Below, piece by piece: positions 10,199 through 18,863 of a stretch of DNA of 47,510 nucleotides. Location of the stretch: contig CALMCD010000231.1 of NCBI GenBank assembly GCA_937863075.1, positions 1 to 47,510 on the forward strand. The letters run 5' to 3'. Every line of letters begins with the position of its first letter. Within the stretch, counting starts at the first letter, position 1. The notes under the pieces were generated by a model. That model was not told the origin of the DNA and ran no database searches. It was given only the letters and a program-made list of their open reading frames with translations. Both the position numbers and the translations under genes were made by a program. Origin of the DNA: an uncultured Rhodoferax sp. GTDB lineage: Bacteria; Pseudomonadota; Gammaproteobacteria; Burkholderiales; Burkholderiaceae_C.

Positions 10199-11148
10199 TG
10201 GTTGGGACTGACCAATTTATCGCCTACCCGAACCTGATCGGTAATCTGCAAAACCAGTGCGTAGGAAACCCGTTCAAATACCCGAAACACCATCAGCAAA
10301 CCGTTGCGTTCATCCGGTAATTTCATGGGGACGTTATTGCCATCTTCCGTGGTATCGGTGATGCGCATTCCATCTTTTTGAATGGCAAGCAGCAATCCGG
10401 GGTCTACACCGTCCGCAGCGCCCAGATTGAGGGCAACAATTTGGTTTTGAGAAGCACTCACTCCGGCATTGCCATAGAGCGAGACTACCCGTGCTTCCAT
10501 CTTTTCGTAGGGGGGATGGGGGTGGTAGGTTTGGAGTACGCCGCGTGGTTCTGTCATCAGGCGGTCACCCACCCGGATTTCTTCCTTAGCAGAGAGAATG
10601 TCAATGGTCGCCGGAATCACTTCATTTTCGTTGCTGTCTTCACCGCGCACCAAGATGGCTTTACCCAAGTATTGCGCTTCATAGCCCAAAATCTCGTTGC
10701 TGATGGGGTCTTTCAAGGGTACGGCGTTGCGAAAAACGCGAAATACCTGATCCTGCGTTTGGCTATCTAGCAGTGGGCTGTCGCTGGAACCACGGGCATA
10801 GGCGCGATCCCCTTTGGAAATCATCCGTCTGCCGTCAATCGTGGATACGACGCGGGGCGCACGGCTTAATCCCACTTCATCCAGCACCACCATTTCAGCC
10901 AAAAATGCTTCAATATCCTTGGCTTTGAGGGTGGGCAGCGCAGAATCCGGCAACATTTCATAACGTATGCGGGGCGTAATGCGCACGGTGGGCGGTGGAG
11001 CATTGTGGATTGCCCTCATGCTGTTATTGGTTTTTGGAGTTGCCGTTTTCTTCGGCGCGGCCTGCGCAGAAAATCCCAGCAGTGAAACGGCAACGGCGGT
11101 TACCAGCAAAGGAAACCGGAGGATCAGGTGTTGGAGGTGTTTCGTCAT
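10195..11148 (-). CDS. TsaP-like exported protein (LysM-protein family next to def/dprA), apparently lacking its LysM domain
   Basis: Signal peptide, 'VRITPRIRYE', 'GDRAYARG', 'DPISNEILGYEA', 'KEEIRVGDRL', 'KLPDERNGLLMVFRVFERVSYALV'. Conserved position divergent from def and coupled to dprA (ATGA overlap). Confidence 0.8.
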   Translation of the reverse strand: MTKHLQHLILRFPLLVTAVAVSLLGFSAQAAPKKTATPKTNNSMRAIHNAPPPTVRITPRIRYEMLPDSALPTLKAKDIEAFLAEMVVLDEVGLSRAPRVVSTIDGRRMISKGDRAYARGSSDSPLLDSQTQDQVFRVFRNAVPLKDPISNEILGYEAQYLGKAILVRGEDSNENEVIPATIDILSAKEEIRVGDRLMTEPRGVLQTYHPHPPYEKMEARVVSLYGNAGVSASQNQIVALNLGAADGVDPGLLLAIQKDGMRITDTTEDGNNVPMKLPDERNGLLMVFRVFERVSYALVLQITDQVRVGDKLVSPNQ

Positions 11149-11188
11149 GCGGGAAATTCTATTCAGTTTTCGATGAAAATAAGGAACT

Positions 11189-11698
11189 ATGGCTTTACTT
11201 ACGATTCTTTGTTACCCTAATCCTCAGCTCCACCGTGTTGCCAAGCCCGTTGCCACCGTGGATTCCCGCATCCAAACGCTGGTGCGTGATATGTTTGAAA
11301 CCATGTACGATGCCAAAGGCATCGGACTGGCTGCAACCCAAGTCGATGTGCATGAGCGCATTATCGTGATCGATACCTCTGAAGAACGCGATAGCCCCAT
11401 CGTGCTGATAAACCCTGAATTGGTGTGGACGAGCGAGGCCACCCACCGCAATGAAGAGGGCTGCCTCTCCGTTCCCGGGATTTTTGACGGCGTGATGCGC
11501 TTCGATGCCATCCATGTGCGTGCGATGGACGAAAACGGCAATACCCGCACCATCGAAGCCGATGGCTTGCTATCGGTGTGCATTCAGCATGAAATGGATC
11601 ATTTGATGGGCAAGGTGTTTGTGGAATACCTTTCCTTGCTGAAGCGCAACCGGATTAAAACCAAAATGCTGAAACTTCAGCGAGACCTTACGCGATGA
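11189..11698 (+). CDS. def: Peptide deformylase
   Basis: 'GIGLAATQ', 'EGCLS', 'QHEMDH' motifs. Confidence 0.98.
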   Translation: MALLTILCYPNPQLHRVAKPVATVDSRIQTLVRDMFETMYDAKGIGLAATQVDVHERIIVIDTSEERDSPIVLINPELVWTSEATHRNEEGCLSVPGIFDGVMRFDAIHVRAMDENGNTRTIEADGLLSVCIQHEMDHLMGKVFVEYLSLLKRNRIKTKMLKLQRDLTR

Positions 11699-12636
11699 AA
11701 ATTATTTTTGCCGGAACACCGGAGTTTGCCCGCACTGCATTGGAACATTTGCATCGGGCAGGGCATGAAATCGCCTTGGTGCTAACCCAGCCCGACCGCC
11801 CCGCCGGACGGGGTATGAAACTGCAAGCCTCGGCGGTGAAACAGTTTGCATTAGCGCATGGCATTCCGGTGGCGCAGCCGCGTAGCTTGCGGCTGGACGG
11901 CAAATTCCCCGAAGAAGCCGCTGCTGCCCGCCAAGCGATCCTCGAAACCCAAGCCGATGCCATGATTGTGGCGGCCTACGGCTTGATTTTGCCGCAGTGG
12001 GTGCTGGATAGTTTTCCGCATGGCTGCTTGAACATTCACGGCTCGTTGCTACCGCGTTGGCGGGGTGCAGCGCCAATCCACCGCGCGATTGAAGCCGGAG
12101 ACACCGAAACCGGCATCACCATCATGCAAATGGACGCGGGGCTGGATACGGGCGATATGCTCTCGGTGCAAAAGCTCCCGATTACCGATGCCGACACCAC
12201 CGCAACCCTGCACGACCGCATGGCAGAACTCGGCGGCACGATGATCGTGCAGGCACTGGAACAAGTCGCCGCCGGACAATTGCAACCCGTTCCCCAGCCC
12301 ACCGAAGGGGTGAACTACGCCCACAAAATCGAAAAGCACGAAGCGGCTATCGACTGGAACCAAGATGCCGCTACGATTGTGCGGCGCATTCGTGCATTCA
12401 ATCCATTCCCGGGTGCGACAGCGGTTTTGCGCGGTGAAACCGTCAAAATCTGGAATGCCCACGTTGCCCCTGCGGGTGATGGAAGCACCATCAAAATTGA
12501 AGCAGATCTCGCTGTAACGCCCGCTGGTATTGCAGTGGCAGCTATCAATTCAATAGTAATCATTACTGAATTGCAACGCGCGGGCGGTAAGCGTATGGCG
12601 GCTAGTGAGTTTGTGCGGGGGATGGGGTGGCGTTAA
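11695..12636 (+). CDS. fmt: Methionyl-tRNA formyltransferase
   Basis: 'IFAGTPEFA', '[10 protein letters not shown]', '[16 protein letters not shown]', 'GLDTGD'. ATGA overlap with def. Confidence 0.98.
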   Translation: MKIIFAGTPEFARTALEHLHRAGHEIALVLTQPDRPAGRGMKLQASAVKQFALAHGIPVAQPRSLRLDGKFPEEAAAARQAILETQADAMIVAAYGLILPQWVLDSFPHGCLNIHGSLLPRWRGAAPIHRAIEAGDTETGITIMQMDAGLDTGDMLSVQKLPITDADTTATLHDRMAELGGTMIVQALEQVAAGQLQPVPQPTEGVNYAHKIEKHEAAIDWNQDAATIVRRIRAFNPFPGATAVLRGETVKIWNAHVAPAGDGSTIKIEADLAVTPAGIAVAAINSIVIITELQRAGGKRMAASEFVRGMGWR

Positions 12637-13201
12637 ACCGCCCAGCATAGCGAAATATCTGCCCCAGCAGCGGGTGGGTGAGCCGGAAATCCATATCGAA
12701 ATGCTGATCGTCCACAGCGGTTTCGACAATATCGGTGTGTCCCAGTGCCAGCCATTCGGGGATCGGCAGCCGCAGTTTCCCGATTTGTAGAACGAAGCGC
12801 ACGCCTTCGTAATACAGCTTTGCATCACGCACCGATACCGCCATTTGCAACCCCAAAAACGGATTCACAAATTCGATGAGCTGGTTGGGATTGTCTTCCC
12901 CCGCTGCAATCCAAAAACTTTTGAAATAAATCACCTGCCCATCAGGGAACGTGATGCTGCGTTGCCAGCGTTGGCATTCGCCTTCCATCTGCTTGCTGAC
13001 GGTGGTTGGAATTTGCTTTCCATCGCGGTGAACCAGCGCCCCCAGCAGCCGCAAACCGCGCAGCGGCAGGCGCATGAAGGCGGGAAATTCGATGTCCAGA
13101 TGCCCCGTATCGGTATTCGTGCCGCGTTGGTAATGGGCTTGTAGGGCGGGCGGGAGGGCGTTCCAGTCTGCGCCCAGTGCTTGCTGCATCAAACTTTGCA
13201 T
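12602..13201 (-). CDS. DUF4166-like protein
   Basis: '[16 protein letters not shown]', 'WQRSITF', 'LPIPEWL', '[14 protein letters not shown]' pattern. Sits next to a DUF2269-like gene and an SDR, its usual partners. Confidence 0.8.
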   Translation of the reverse strand: MQSLMQQALGADWNALPPALQAHYQRGTNTDTGHLDIEFPAFMRLPLRGLRLLGALVHRDGKQIPTTVSKQMEGECQRWQRSITFPDGQVIYFKSFWIAAGEDNPNQLIEFVNPFLGLQMAVSVRDAKLYYEGVRFVLQIGKLRLPIPEWLALGHTDIVETAVDDQHFDMDFRLTHPLLGQIFRYAGRFNATPSPAQTH

Positions 13202-13203
13202 GA

Positions 13204-13674
13204 TTACATTCCTCTCTTAAAAACCATCATCGTGACCACCAGCACCATCGCGGCAAAGGCGGGAACGCCCAGCCAAAACCAAATCCGTGCCATACGCCAA
13301 TACGTTGTTGGAAGGGGTGATTGCGTGCGTACCGCGTTTTCCGCCATGCGCTGCATCCGAATTTGCAACCACACCACGGGCAACCAGCACACGCCCGCCA
13401 GTGTGTACAGCACCAGACTGGTGGCAATCCAAGGCGTGGTCAGTGGCCAGCCTGCCATGTGCGCCAGTGCGATCCCGCTTACGGGTTGAAAAATCACGGT
13501 CGGCGTGGTGAAAATCCAATCGGCTAACACCACATGCCGATTGGTGATGGCGATATGGGCGACATTGCCACTGCGATCCGCCATCCACTTGTAAAAGGCG
13601 CTACCCAGCCCCGTACCAAACAGCAGCACCATGCTGAAAATGTGCAGGGTTTTTAAGGTGGTGTAGTAGTCCAT
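13204..13674 (-). CDS. DUF2269-family integral membrane protein
   Basis: 'LKTLHI...LLFGTGLGSAF', 'ADWIFTTP.VIFQP.SG', 'CWLPVVWLQ', 'WFWLGVPAF'. Four TM segments. Confidence 0.88.
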   Translation of the reverse strand: MDYYTTLKTLHIFSMVLLFGTGLGSAFYKWMADRSGNVAHIAITNRHVVLADWIFTTPTVIFQPVSGIALAHMAGWPLTTPWIATSLVLYTLAGVCWLPVVWLQIRMQRMAENAVRTQSPLPTTYWRMARIWFWLGVPAFAAMVLVVTMMVFKRGM

Positions 13675-13689
13675 CGCATTAACTTTGGG

Positions 13690-14466
13690 TTAGCTTTTGA
13701 TGTACGAACCCGCTTGCAGCATCCGCAAGTTATCGGGGTGCAACATCGGGTGCAGCGGATGGAAAATATGCGCCGCCGCCATCACCAACGACCACGGAAT
13801 GGGAATAATGCGGGCGGGTGGTCGCCCGTTTTGGCGGCGCAGGGTTTGCAACCATTCGGTGAGCGTGACGATCTCCGCCCCCGCTACATCCAGCGTGCGG
13901 CGGGTGTGGGGCGTTTCGAGGCATTCCAGCACCTTCGCCACCACCCCTTCGACTGCAATCGGTTGCAATTTTTGGTCGCCTTTCCCGGGGACGGCGATCA
14001 CCGGAAATTGCGATAAACGGTTAAACAGCGCAGTACTCGCCCCGCCTTCACCGTACACCAGCGAGGGGCGCAAGACAAACCAATCCACATCCAAGCTCCG
14101 CAAATAATCATCTGCCGCGCGTTTGCTGCGGTGGTACGCGGAAAAAGCCGATTCATCCGCCCCCAGCGCCGAAATCTGAATAACCCGCCGCACGCCACTG
14201 GTCACGCTGGCTTGGAACAGCGCTATCGGCGCTTGCGTGTGCAGGGTCGCAAAACGCTGGCTGCTGGTTTCGCCGATGATGCCGACGCAGTTAATCACCG
14301 CATCGGTATCGTGCAGATAAGGAAACCAGTGTGCGGCGGTGGTCATGCGGGAAAAATCCACCCCCTGCCGCCGCGATACAGAAACGACGGTATGCCCTTT
14401 TTGGCGCAGCGCGGTGGCGATGTGGCTCCCGATAAAGCCGGTTGCACCCGTTAGCAAAATTTTCAT
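13690..14466 (-). CDS. NAD(P)-dependent epimerase/dehydratase-type (atypical SDR) oxidoreductase
   Basis: 'LLTGATGFIG' Rossmann motif, 'ISALGA', 'YHRSK' (YxxxK), 'LRPSLVYG'. AAGGAG RBS upstream. Confidence 0.9.
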   Translation of the reverse strand: MKILLTGATGFIGSHIATALRQKGHTVVSVSRRQGVDFSRMTTAAHWFPYLHDTDAVINCVGIIGETSSQRFATLHTQAPIALFQASVTSGVRRVIQISALGADESAFSAYHRSKRAADDYLRSLDVDWFVLRPSLVYGEGGASTALFNRLSQFPVIAVPGKGDQKLQPIAVEGVVAKVLECLETPHTRRTLDVAGAEIVTLTEWLQTLRRQNGRPPARIIPIPWSLVMAAAHIFHPLHPMLHPDNLRMLQAGSYIKS

Positions 14467-14568
14467 GGAACATACTCCTTGGTACGGTGATGATGACCAT
14501 GTCAGTTTCGGGTTCGGGGCGGGGAAATTCTTCCTTTTTGGTAGAAAAGGAGCGGAAAAGCGCGGTTT

Positions 14569-15567
14569 TTAGCTCCGCAATGATAATTTCCGATACTGTC
14601 CGGGTGTCATCCCCTCCAATTCACGGAAGGCTTCATAAAAATTCGACTGCGTAGAAAACCCGACATTCAATCCCACCGACAGCACCGAGGCAGACGATTC
14701 CGCCACCAGCATGGCCTTGGCAGCGGTCACACGTTGTTCACGCAGGTAGCGGGAAAAACTTTTGCCGAGTCGGGTATTGAGCAATTCCGAAAGCTGGTGT
14801 GTACTCAAATCCATGCGTTCCGCCAAACGTGGCAGGCTGAGTTCAGTATCGGTATACAGCCGTTCTTCCCCCATCAAAGTTTGCAGGCGGAGGAGGGCGG
14901 TATCGCAATCGACCTGCGTCAGCGTCGAATGGGTGTAGCTGGCGCGGGTGTTTTGCGCGGTTTCGATGACTTCAGTCGGCAATTGCGGACGCAAGCCCAG
15001 CGTGATTTGCACCAGCACAAACGCGATGCCGATGGCAATGGCGTACAGCACAAAAAATAGTTTATCGGGCAACAAGGCCTGCACCATACCCAGCCCCGCC
15101 ACGCCCAGCGCGATGCAGAACACGCCACCCAGCAGGGCGATTTCCCGCCGAAATTGCCGACGTTCTTGCCGCAATCCATAAATATCGTGCGCCAACCACA
15201 GCAAATACAACCCGCCAACCCCGAATGCAAGCGGCAACGCCACGGAATGGGGAAGCAAGGCCGCCAGCCCTACCGGAATCGCATGGGCTATCGGGTGGAT
15301 GGAAGCGGTAGGGTTGAGCAGCGGATGGCTATACAGAAAAAACGCCGGAGCCACCGCAAAAAGCGTCATCTGATACGGAATGCTGTGTACCCATGCCGCA
15401 TCAAAATACAACCAAGCCAAATGGGATGCTTGCAACCCCGCCAGCGCGAGCAGAAGCAACCATCCCATTCGCCGTACTGCGGTCAGCCCCAGCACCAGCG
15501 CACTGAAGAGGGAATAACCTATTAGCAGCAGTGCCAAGGTGGTGGAAGGGACTTGCAAGGTAAGCAT
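14569..15567 (-). CDS. AraC-family transcriptional regulator with N-terminal multi-pass membrane domain
   Basis: About 7 hydrophobic segments, then 'LYTDTELSL..LA...HQLSELLN..LGKSFSRYL...RV..AK..L......VLSVG..VGF..QSNFY.AFR...GMTP.QYR'. Confidence 0.9.
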   Translation of the reverse strand: MLTLQVPSTTLALLLIGYSLFSALVLGLTAVRRMGWLLLLALAGLQASHLAWLYFDAAWVHSIPYQMTLFAVAPAFFLYSHPLLNPTASIHPIAHAIPVGLAALLPHSVALPLAFGVGGLYLLWLAHDIYGLRQERRQFRREIALLGGVFCIALGVAGLGMVQALLPDKLFFVLYAIAIGIAFVLVQITLGLRPQLPTEVIETAQNTRASYTHSTLTQVDCDTALLRLQTLMGEERLYTDTELSLPRLAERMDLSTHQLSELLNTRLGKSFSRYLREQRVTAAKAMLVAESSASVLSVGLNVGFSTQSNFYEAFRELEGMTPGQYRKLSLRS

Positions 15568-15608
15568 CCTTGCATCTTATAGCAACCTATCAGCGCTTTC
15601 CTCTCGGT

Positions 15609-15638
15609 TTGAAGTTCTAACTACAATTGTGGTAATTT
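15609..15638 (+). promoter_or_regulatory. Putative sigma70 promoter with overlapping palindromic operator of the TA operon
   Basis: TTGAAG (15609-15614), 18 nt spacer, TG-n-TAATTT (-10 at 15633-15638). Imperfect palindrome aCtACAATTGTgGt (15620-15633) lies in the spacer. Confidence 0.4.
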
Positions 15639-15662
15639 AGAGTCCGAATTGAAAGGAAGAAT

Positions 15663-15905
15663 ATGCCCACTGTTTCAATGCGTATTGATGAATCTTTAGT
15701 CAGTGCGGCACGAGCGGCTGCCAAAGCAGAATTTCGCACCGTACAAGGGCAGGTGGAGTTTTGGGCAAAAGTCGGTTGTGCTGCGCTGGATAATCCTGAT
15801 TTGCCAGCCTCTTTTATTGCCGAAAGCCTCATGAGTATGGCTGAACCTCGCTTGAGTAGCGAGCCGTTTGTGCCTCGTAGTCGTGTTAAAACTGTGCAGC
15901 CATGA
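15663..15905 (+). CDS. ParD-like antitoxin (ribbon-helix-helix type)
   Basis: 'SMRIDESL...A..AAKAEFRTVQGQVEFWAKVG.AALDNPDLP.SFI' pattern. 80 aa, upstream of and overlapping the toxin. Confidence 0.85.
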   Translation: MPTVSMRIDESLVSAARAAAKAEFRTVQGQVEFWAKVGCAALDNPDLPASFIAESLMSMAEPRLSSEPFVPRSRVKTVQP

Positions 15906-16183
15906 CTTGGCAGATTCTGCAAACACGGCGTTTTTCTCGTGTTTACAAAAAGTTGACCAACGCCACCCTCATTGCCGATACCGATGATGCTGTTGTCGAA
16001 GTAGCCAATAACCCTGATGTGGGTGAACGCAAAAAAGGCGATCTGGGTCAACTATGGGTTCACAAATTCCGCAGCCAAGGACAGTTGTATCTACTGGGCT
16101 ATACCCGTGAGGACGAAGTGCGTTTGATTTATCTTGAAGCACTCGGCCCTCATGAGAATTTTTACCGCGATTTGAAGCGGTAA
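15902..16183 (+). CDS. RelE/ParE-superfamily toxin
   Basis: 93 aa, 'F.RVYKKL', 'NPDVGERKKGDL', 'VHKF', 'LLGY', 'LGPHENFYRDLKR'. ATGA coupling to the antitoxin. Confidence 0.88.
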   Translation: MTWQILQTRRFSRVYKKLTNATLIADTDDAVVEVANNPDVGERKKGDLGQLWVHKFRSQGQLYLLGYTREDEVRLIYLEALGPHENFYRDLKR

Positions 16184-16206
16184 AAATTCTCTGGAGATGC
16201 TCCCTT

Positions 16207-17337
16207 TTACGCCACCAATTCCGCTGCCTCCCGCGCCGCAACACTACCTTCATCCGTGGGGATGAGCCACACTTCGATGCGGCTTTGGGGCGTGTGCAGA
16301 TGGGTGGGGCGATTACCCAGTGCGTTTTGATTGCGTTCAGCATCTATTTCCACGCCCAGCCATGCCAGCGCTTGGCAAACATCGTGGCGCAATTGGGCAT
16401 CGTGTTCGCCGATGCCGCCGCTAAATGCCAATACATCCAAACCGCCCATGCTGGCAATCATCGCCCCTGACTCGCGCACCACGCGGTGGGTGAACAGGTC
16501 GATTGCGTTTTGGGCAGCAGGGTTGGTTCCGGCACTGGCGCGGAGGCGGCGCATATCGGCACTGATACCGGATACACCCAGCAGCCCACTTTGCTTGTAC
16601 ACCAGCGCTTGTAGGCGGTCGTGACTCCAGCCTTGCTCTAATAAATGGAGCATCACACCCGCATCCAGCGTGCCACAGCGGGTCCCCATCATCAAACCAT
16701 CCACAGCGGAGAAGCCCATGGTCGTAGCGCAACTTTTGCCATTCACGGCGGCGCACAGGCTCGCTCCGTTGCCCAAATGCGCCATCAATACCCGTCCCTT
16801 GGCACGAAGGCTATGCTGTTGCAAGCTACCGATGATGTATTGGTAGGAAAGGCCATGAAACCCATAGCGGCGAATGCCTTGTTCGCTCAAGGCTTGCGGC
16901 AGGGCAAAGGCTGCCGCTACGTCGGGGATCGAGGTATGGAAGGCGGTATCAAAGCACGCTACCTGCGGCAATTCGGAAAAGGCTTCGGTAAAAGCGCGAA
17001 TCCCTGCCAAATTGTGGGGCTGGTGCAGCGGGGCGAGTGGGTTGAAACGCTCCAAATCATTCAGAATCGCGTCGTTTACCACCACGCTACGGCGGTATTT
17101 AGAACCCCCATGCACTACACGATGTGCCACGACTTTGAGGGGTGGTAAGTCGGTGCGGGCAGCGAGCTGTTCACGCAGATGGGTGAGTGCTTGGGCAAAC
17201 GAGTTGGTGCTAGAGCCTCCCGGTTCCAGCCCTTCGATGTTCCCCGAAAAAATGCTCGGCTGCACCACCCCATTCGTGAGTGGGTAAACGGCAAATTTCA
17301 GGCTGGATGAGCCTGCATTGATGGTCAAAATCGACAT
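16207..17337 (-). CDS. ackA: Acetate/propionate kinase
   Basis: 'INAGSSSLK', 'HRVVHGG', 'LAPLHQP', 'FDTAFH', 'RYGFHGLS', 'HLGNGAS', 'MGTRCG', 'FSGGIGE', 'IPTDE'. Confidence 0.95.
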   Translation of the reverse strand: MSILTINAGSSSLKFAVYPLTNGVVQPSIFSGNIEGLEPGGSSTNSFAQALTHLREQLAARTDLPPLKVVAHRVVHGGSKYRRSVVVNDAILNDLERFNPLAPLHQPHNLAGIRAFTEAFSELPQVACFDTAFHTSIPDVAAAFALPQALSEQGIRRYGFHGLSYQYIIGSLQQHSLRAKGRVLMAHLGNGASLCAAVNGKSCATTMGFSAVDGLMMGTRCGTLDAGVMLHLLEQGWSHDRLQALVYKQSGLLGVSGISADMRRLRASAGTNPAAQNAIDLFTHRVVRESGAMIASMGGLDVLAFSGGIGEHDAQLRHDVCQALAWLGVEIDAERNQNALGNRPTHLHTPQSRIEVWLIPTDEGSVAAREAAELVA

Positions 17338-17351
17338 GGTCAACAGGCCTT

Positions 17352-18770
17352 TTATGCAGTTTTGGTGCGTTTACGTTCGTTATCGTGCGCAACCAACTGT
17401 GCCAGCAAAGCGGATGCTACGCGGTTCATGGGGCCGTCGGCACGGCTGGTCAGCGCGATAGGAATGCGCGCGCCCAGTACCAAGCCTGCACCCGAAGCAC
17501 CTGCCAGATATTCCAATTGTTTGGCGAGCATATTGCCCGATTCCAAATCAGGAACCGCCAAAATGTCCGCCTCACCCGCTACGGGGGATTCGATGTGTTT
17601 GATTTCAGCCGCTTCCACGGAAATCGCATTGTCAAATGCCAGCGGGCCGTCTAAAACGCCACCGGTGATTTGCCCCCGATCCGCCATTTTGCACAAGGCA
17701 GCGGCATCCAGTGTGGAGGGAATTTGTGAATTGACCGTTTCAACCGCCGACAAAATCGCCACCTTGGGTTTTTCCACGCCCATGATGCGGGCAAAGTTGA
17801 TGGCGTTTTGGATGATGTCGACTTTTTCTTGCAACGAAGGCTGAATGTTCAACGCGGCATCGGTAATCAGCAGGGGCTTGCTGTAAAGCGGCACATCAAA
17901 CCGGAAGACATGCGACATACGCCGACCCGTGCGCAGGGTGGGTTGTGCGAGGATGGCGTGCAATACCTCATCGGTATGCAAACTGCCTTTCATCATCATG
18001 CCGACTTGACCACTGGCGGCCATTTTGGCGGCTAATTCGGCAGCGGCGTGGCTGTGTTCCACGGGGATGATTTCTGCACCGGTTAAATCAATACCGAATT
18101 TTTCGGCAACGCTGCGAATGCGGTGTTCGGGGCCAATCAAAATGGGGTGGATGATGCCGTAGCGTGCCGAATCCATCGCGCCACTGAGGGAACCTTCATC
18201 GCAAGGATGCACCACGGCGCAACGCACGGGGGCAATGCCTTTACCCAGCCCGAGCAACTCATTGAAACGGGCTTGGGGGTCAAACAGTTGAATTTGGGGG
18301 ATCGCAACACGGGGCAAGCGCACTTTGGTGGTGGGCGCAATGACCTTGGCAATGCCTGTTAACACTTTCTCGCCGCGTTGGTTAATCACCAAGCAGTCTA
18401 ATTCCAGTGTGTTGTTTTCGGGGTTGCGAACGGTGACGGTCACCGTGATGTTCAAGGTGTCGCCAATGCGCACGGGGCGCACAAAATGCAGGGCTTGATC
18501 ACGGTAGATGGTGCCGGGGCCAGGGAATTGGGTTCCCAGTAAGGCGGAGATGAGTGCACCGCTCCACATACCATGGGCAATCACCCCATGAAAAATGGTT
18601 TCGTTGGCGTAGCTGGGATTCAGGTGAGCGGGGTTGGTATCGCCAGAGACAGCAGCAAAGGCCGCGATGTCTTCCGCTGTCAGGGTGCGCAGCAGTCGGG
18701 CACTTTGACCCAGTTGAATTTCCGAAAAAGTATAGTTTTCAATAAACTCAGGAGTAGGAGGGAGGTTCAT
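17352..18770 (-). CDS. Bifunctional MaoC-type (R)-enoyl-CoA hydratase / phosphate acyltransferase (Pta/Ptb)
   Basis: N-terminal hydratase-2 motif 'FAAVSGDTNPAHL...IAHGM'. C-terminal 'MKGSLHT', 'LITDAALN', 'LSAVE', 'DGPLAFDNA', 'GNMLAK', 'LTSRAD'. Confidence 0.92.
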   Translation of the reverse strand: MNLPPTPEFIENYTFSEIQLGQSARLLRTLTAEDIAAFAAVSGDTNPAHLNPSYANETIFHGVIAHGMWSGALISALLGTQFPGPGTIYRDQALHFVRPVRIGDTLNITVTVTVRNPENNTLELDCLVINQRGEKVLTGIAKVIAPTTKVRLPRVAIPQIQLFDPQARFNELLGLGKGIAPVRCAVVHPCDEGSLSGAMDSARYGIIHPILIGPEHRIRSVAEKFGIDLTGAEIIPVEHSHAAAELAAKMAASGQVGMMMKGSLHTDEVLHAILAQPTLRTGRRMSHVFRFDVPLYSKPLLITDAALNIQPSLQEKVDIIQNAINFARIMGVEKPKVAILSAVETVNSQIPSTLDAAALCKMADRGQITGGVLDGPLAFDNAISVEAAEIKHIESPVAGEADILAVPDLESGNMLAKQLEYLAGASGAGLVLGARIPIALTSRADGPMNRVASALLAQLVAHDNERKRTKTA

Positions 18771-18815
18771 AAATAAAAAAAAGAGGGAACACGAGTTGAA
18801 TCTTACTCCCTCTTT
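18771..18815 (-). terminator. Intrinsic terminator-like hairpin downstream of the OmpA/autotransporter-like gene
   Basis: Minus strand AAAGAGGGA...TCCCTCTTT 9-bp stem (18780-18815) running into a long T tract. Confidence 0.55.
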
Positions 18816-18863
18816 GTGTCGGTATGCTTAAACCTGAATCAATGATTCAAGTAATAAATCCGA

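Noticed and set aside
14532-14551. TCCTTTT/AAAAGGA inverted repeat between the AraC and SDR genes
   Set aside because: Short AT-rich stem with no supporting U tract, plausibly chance.
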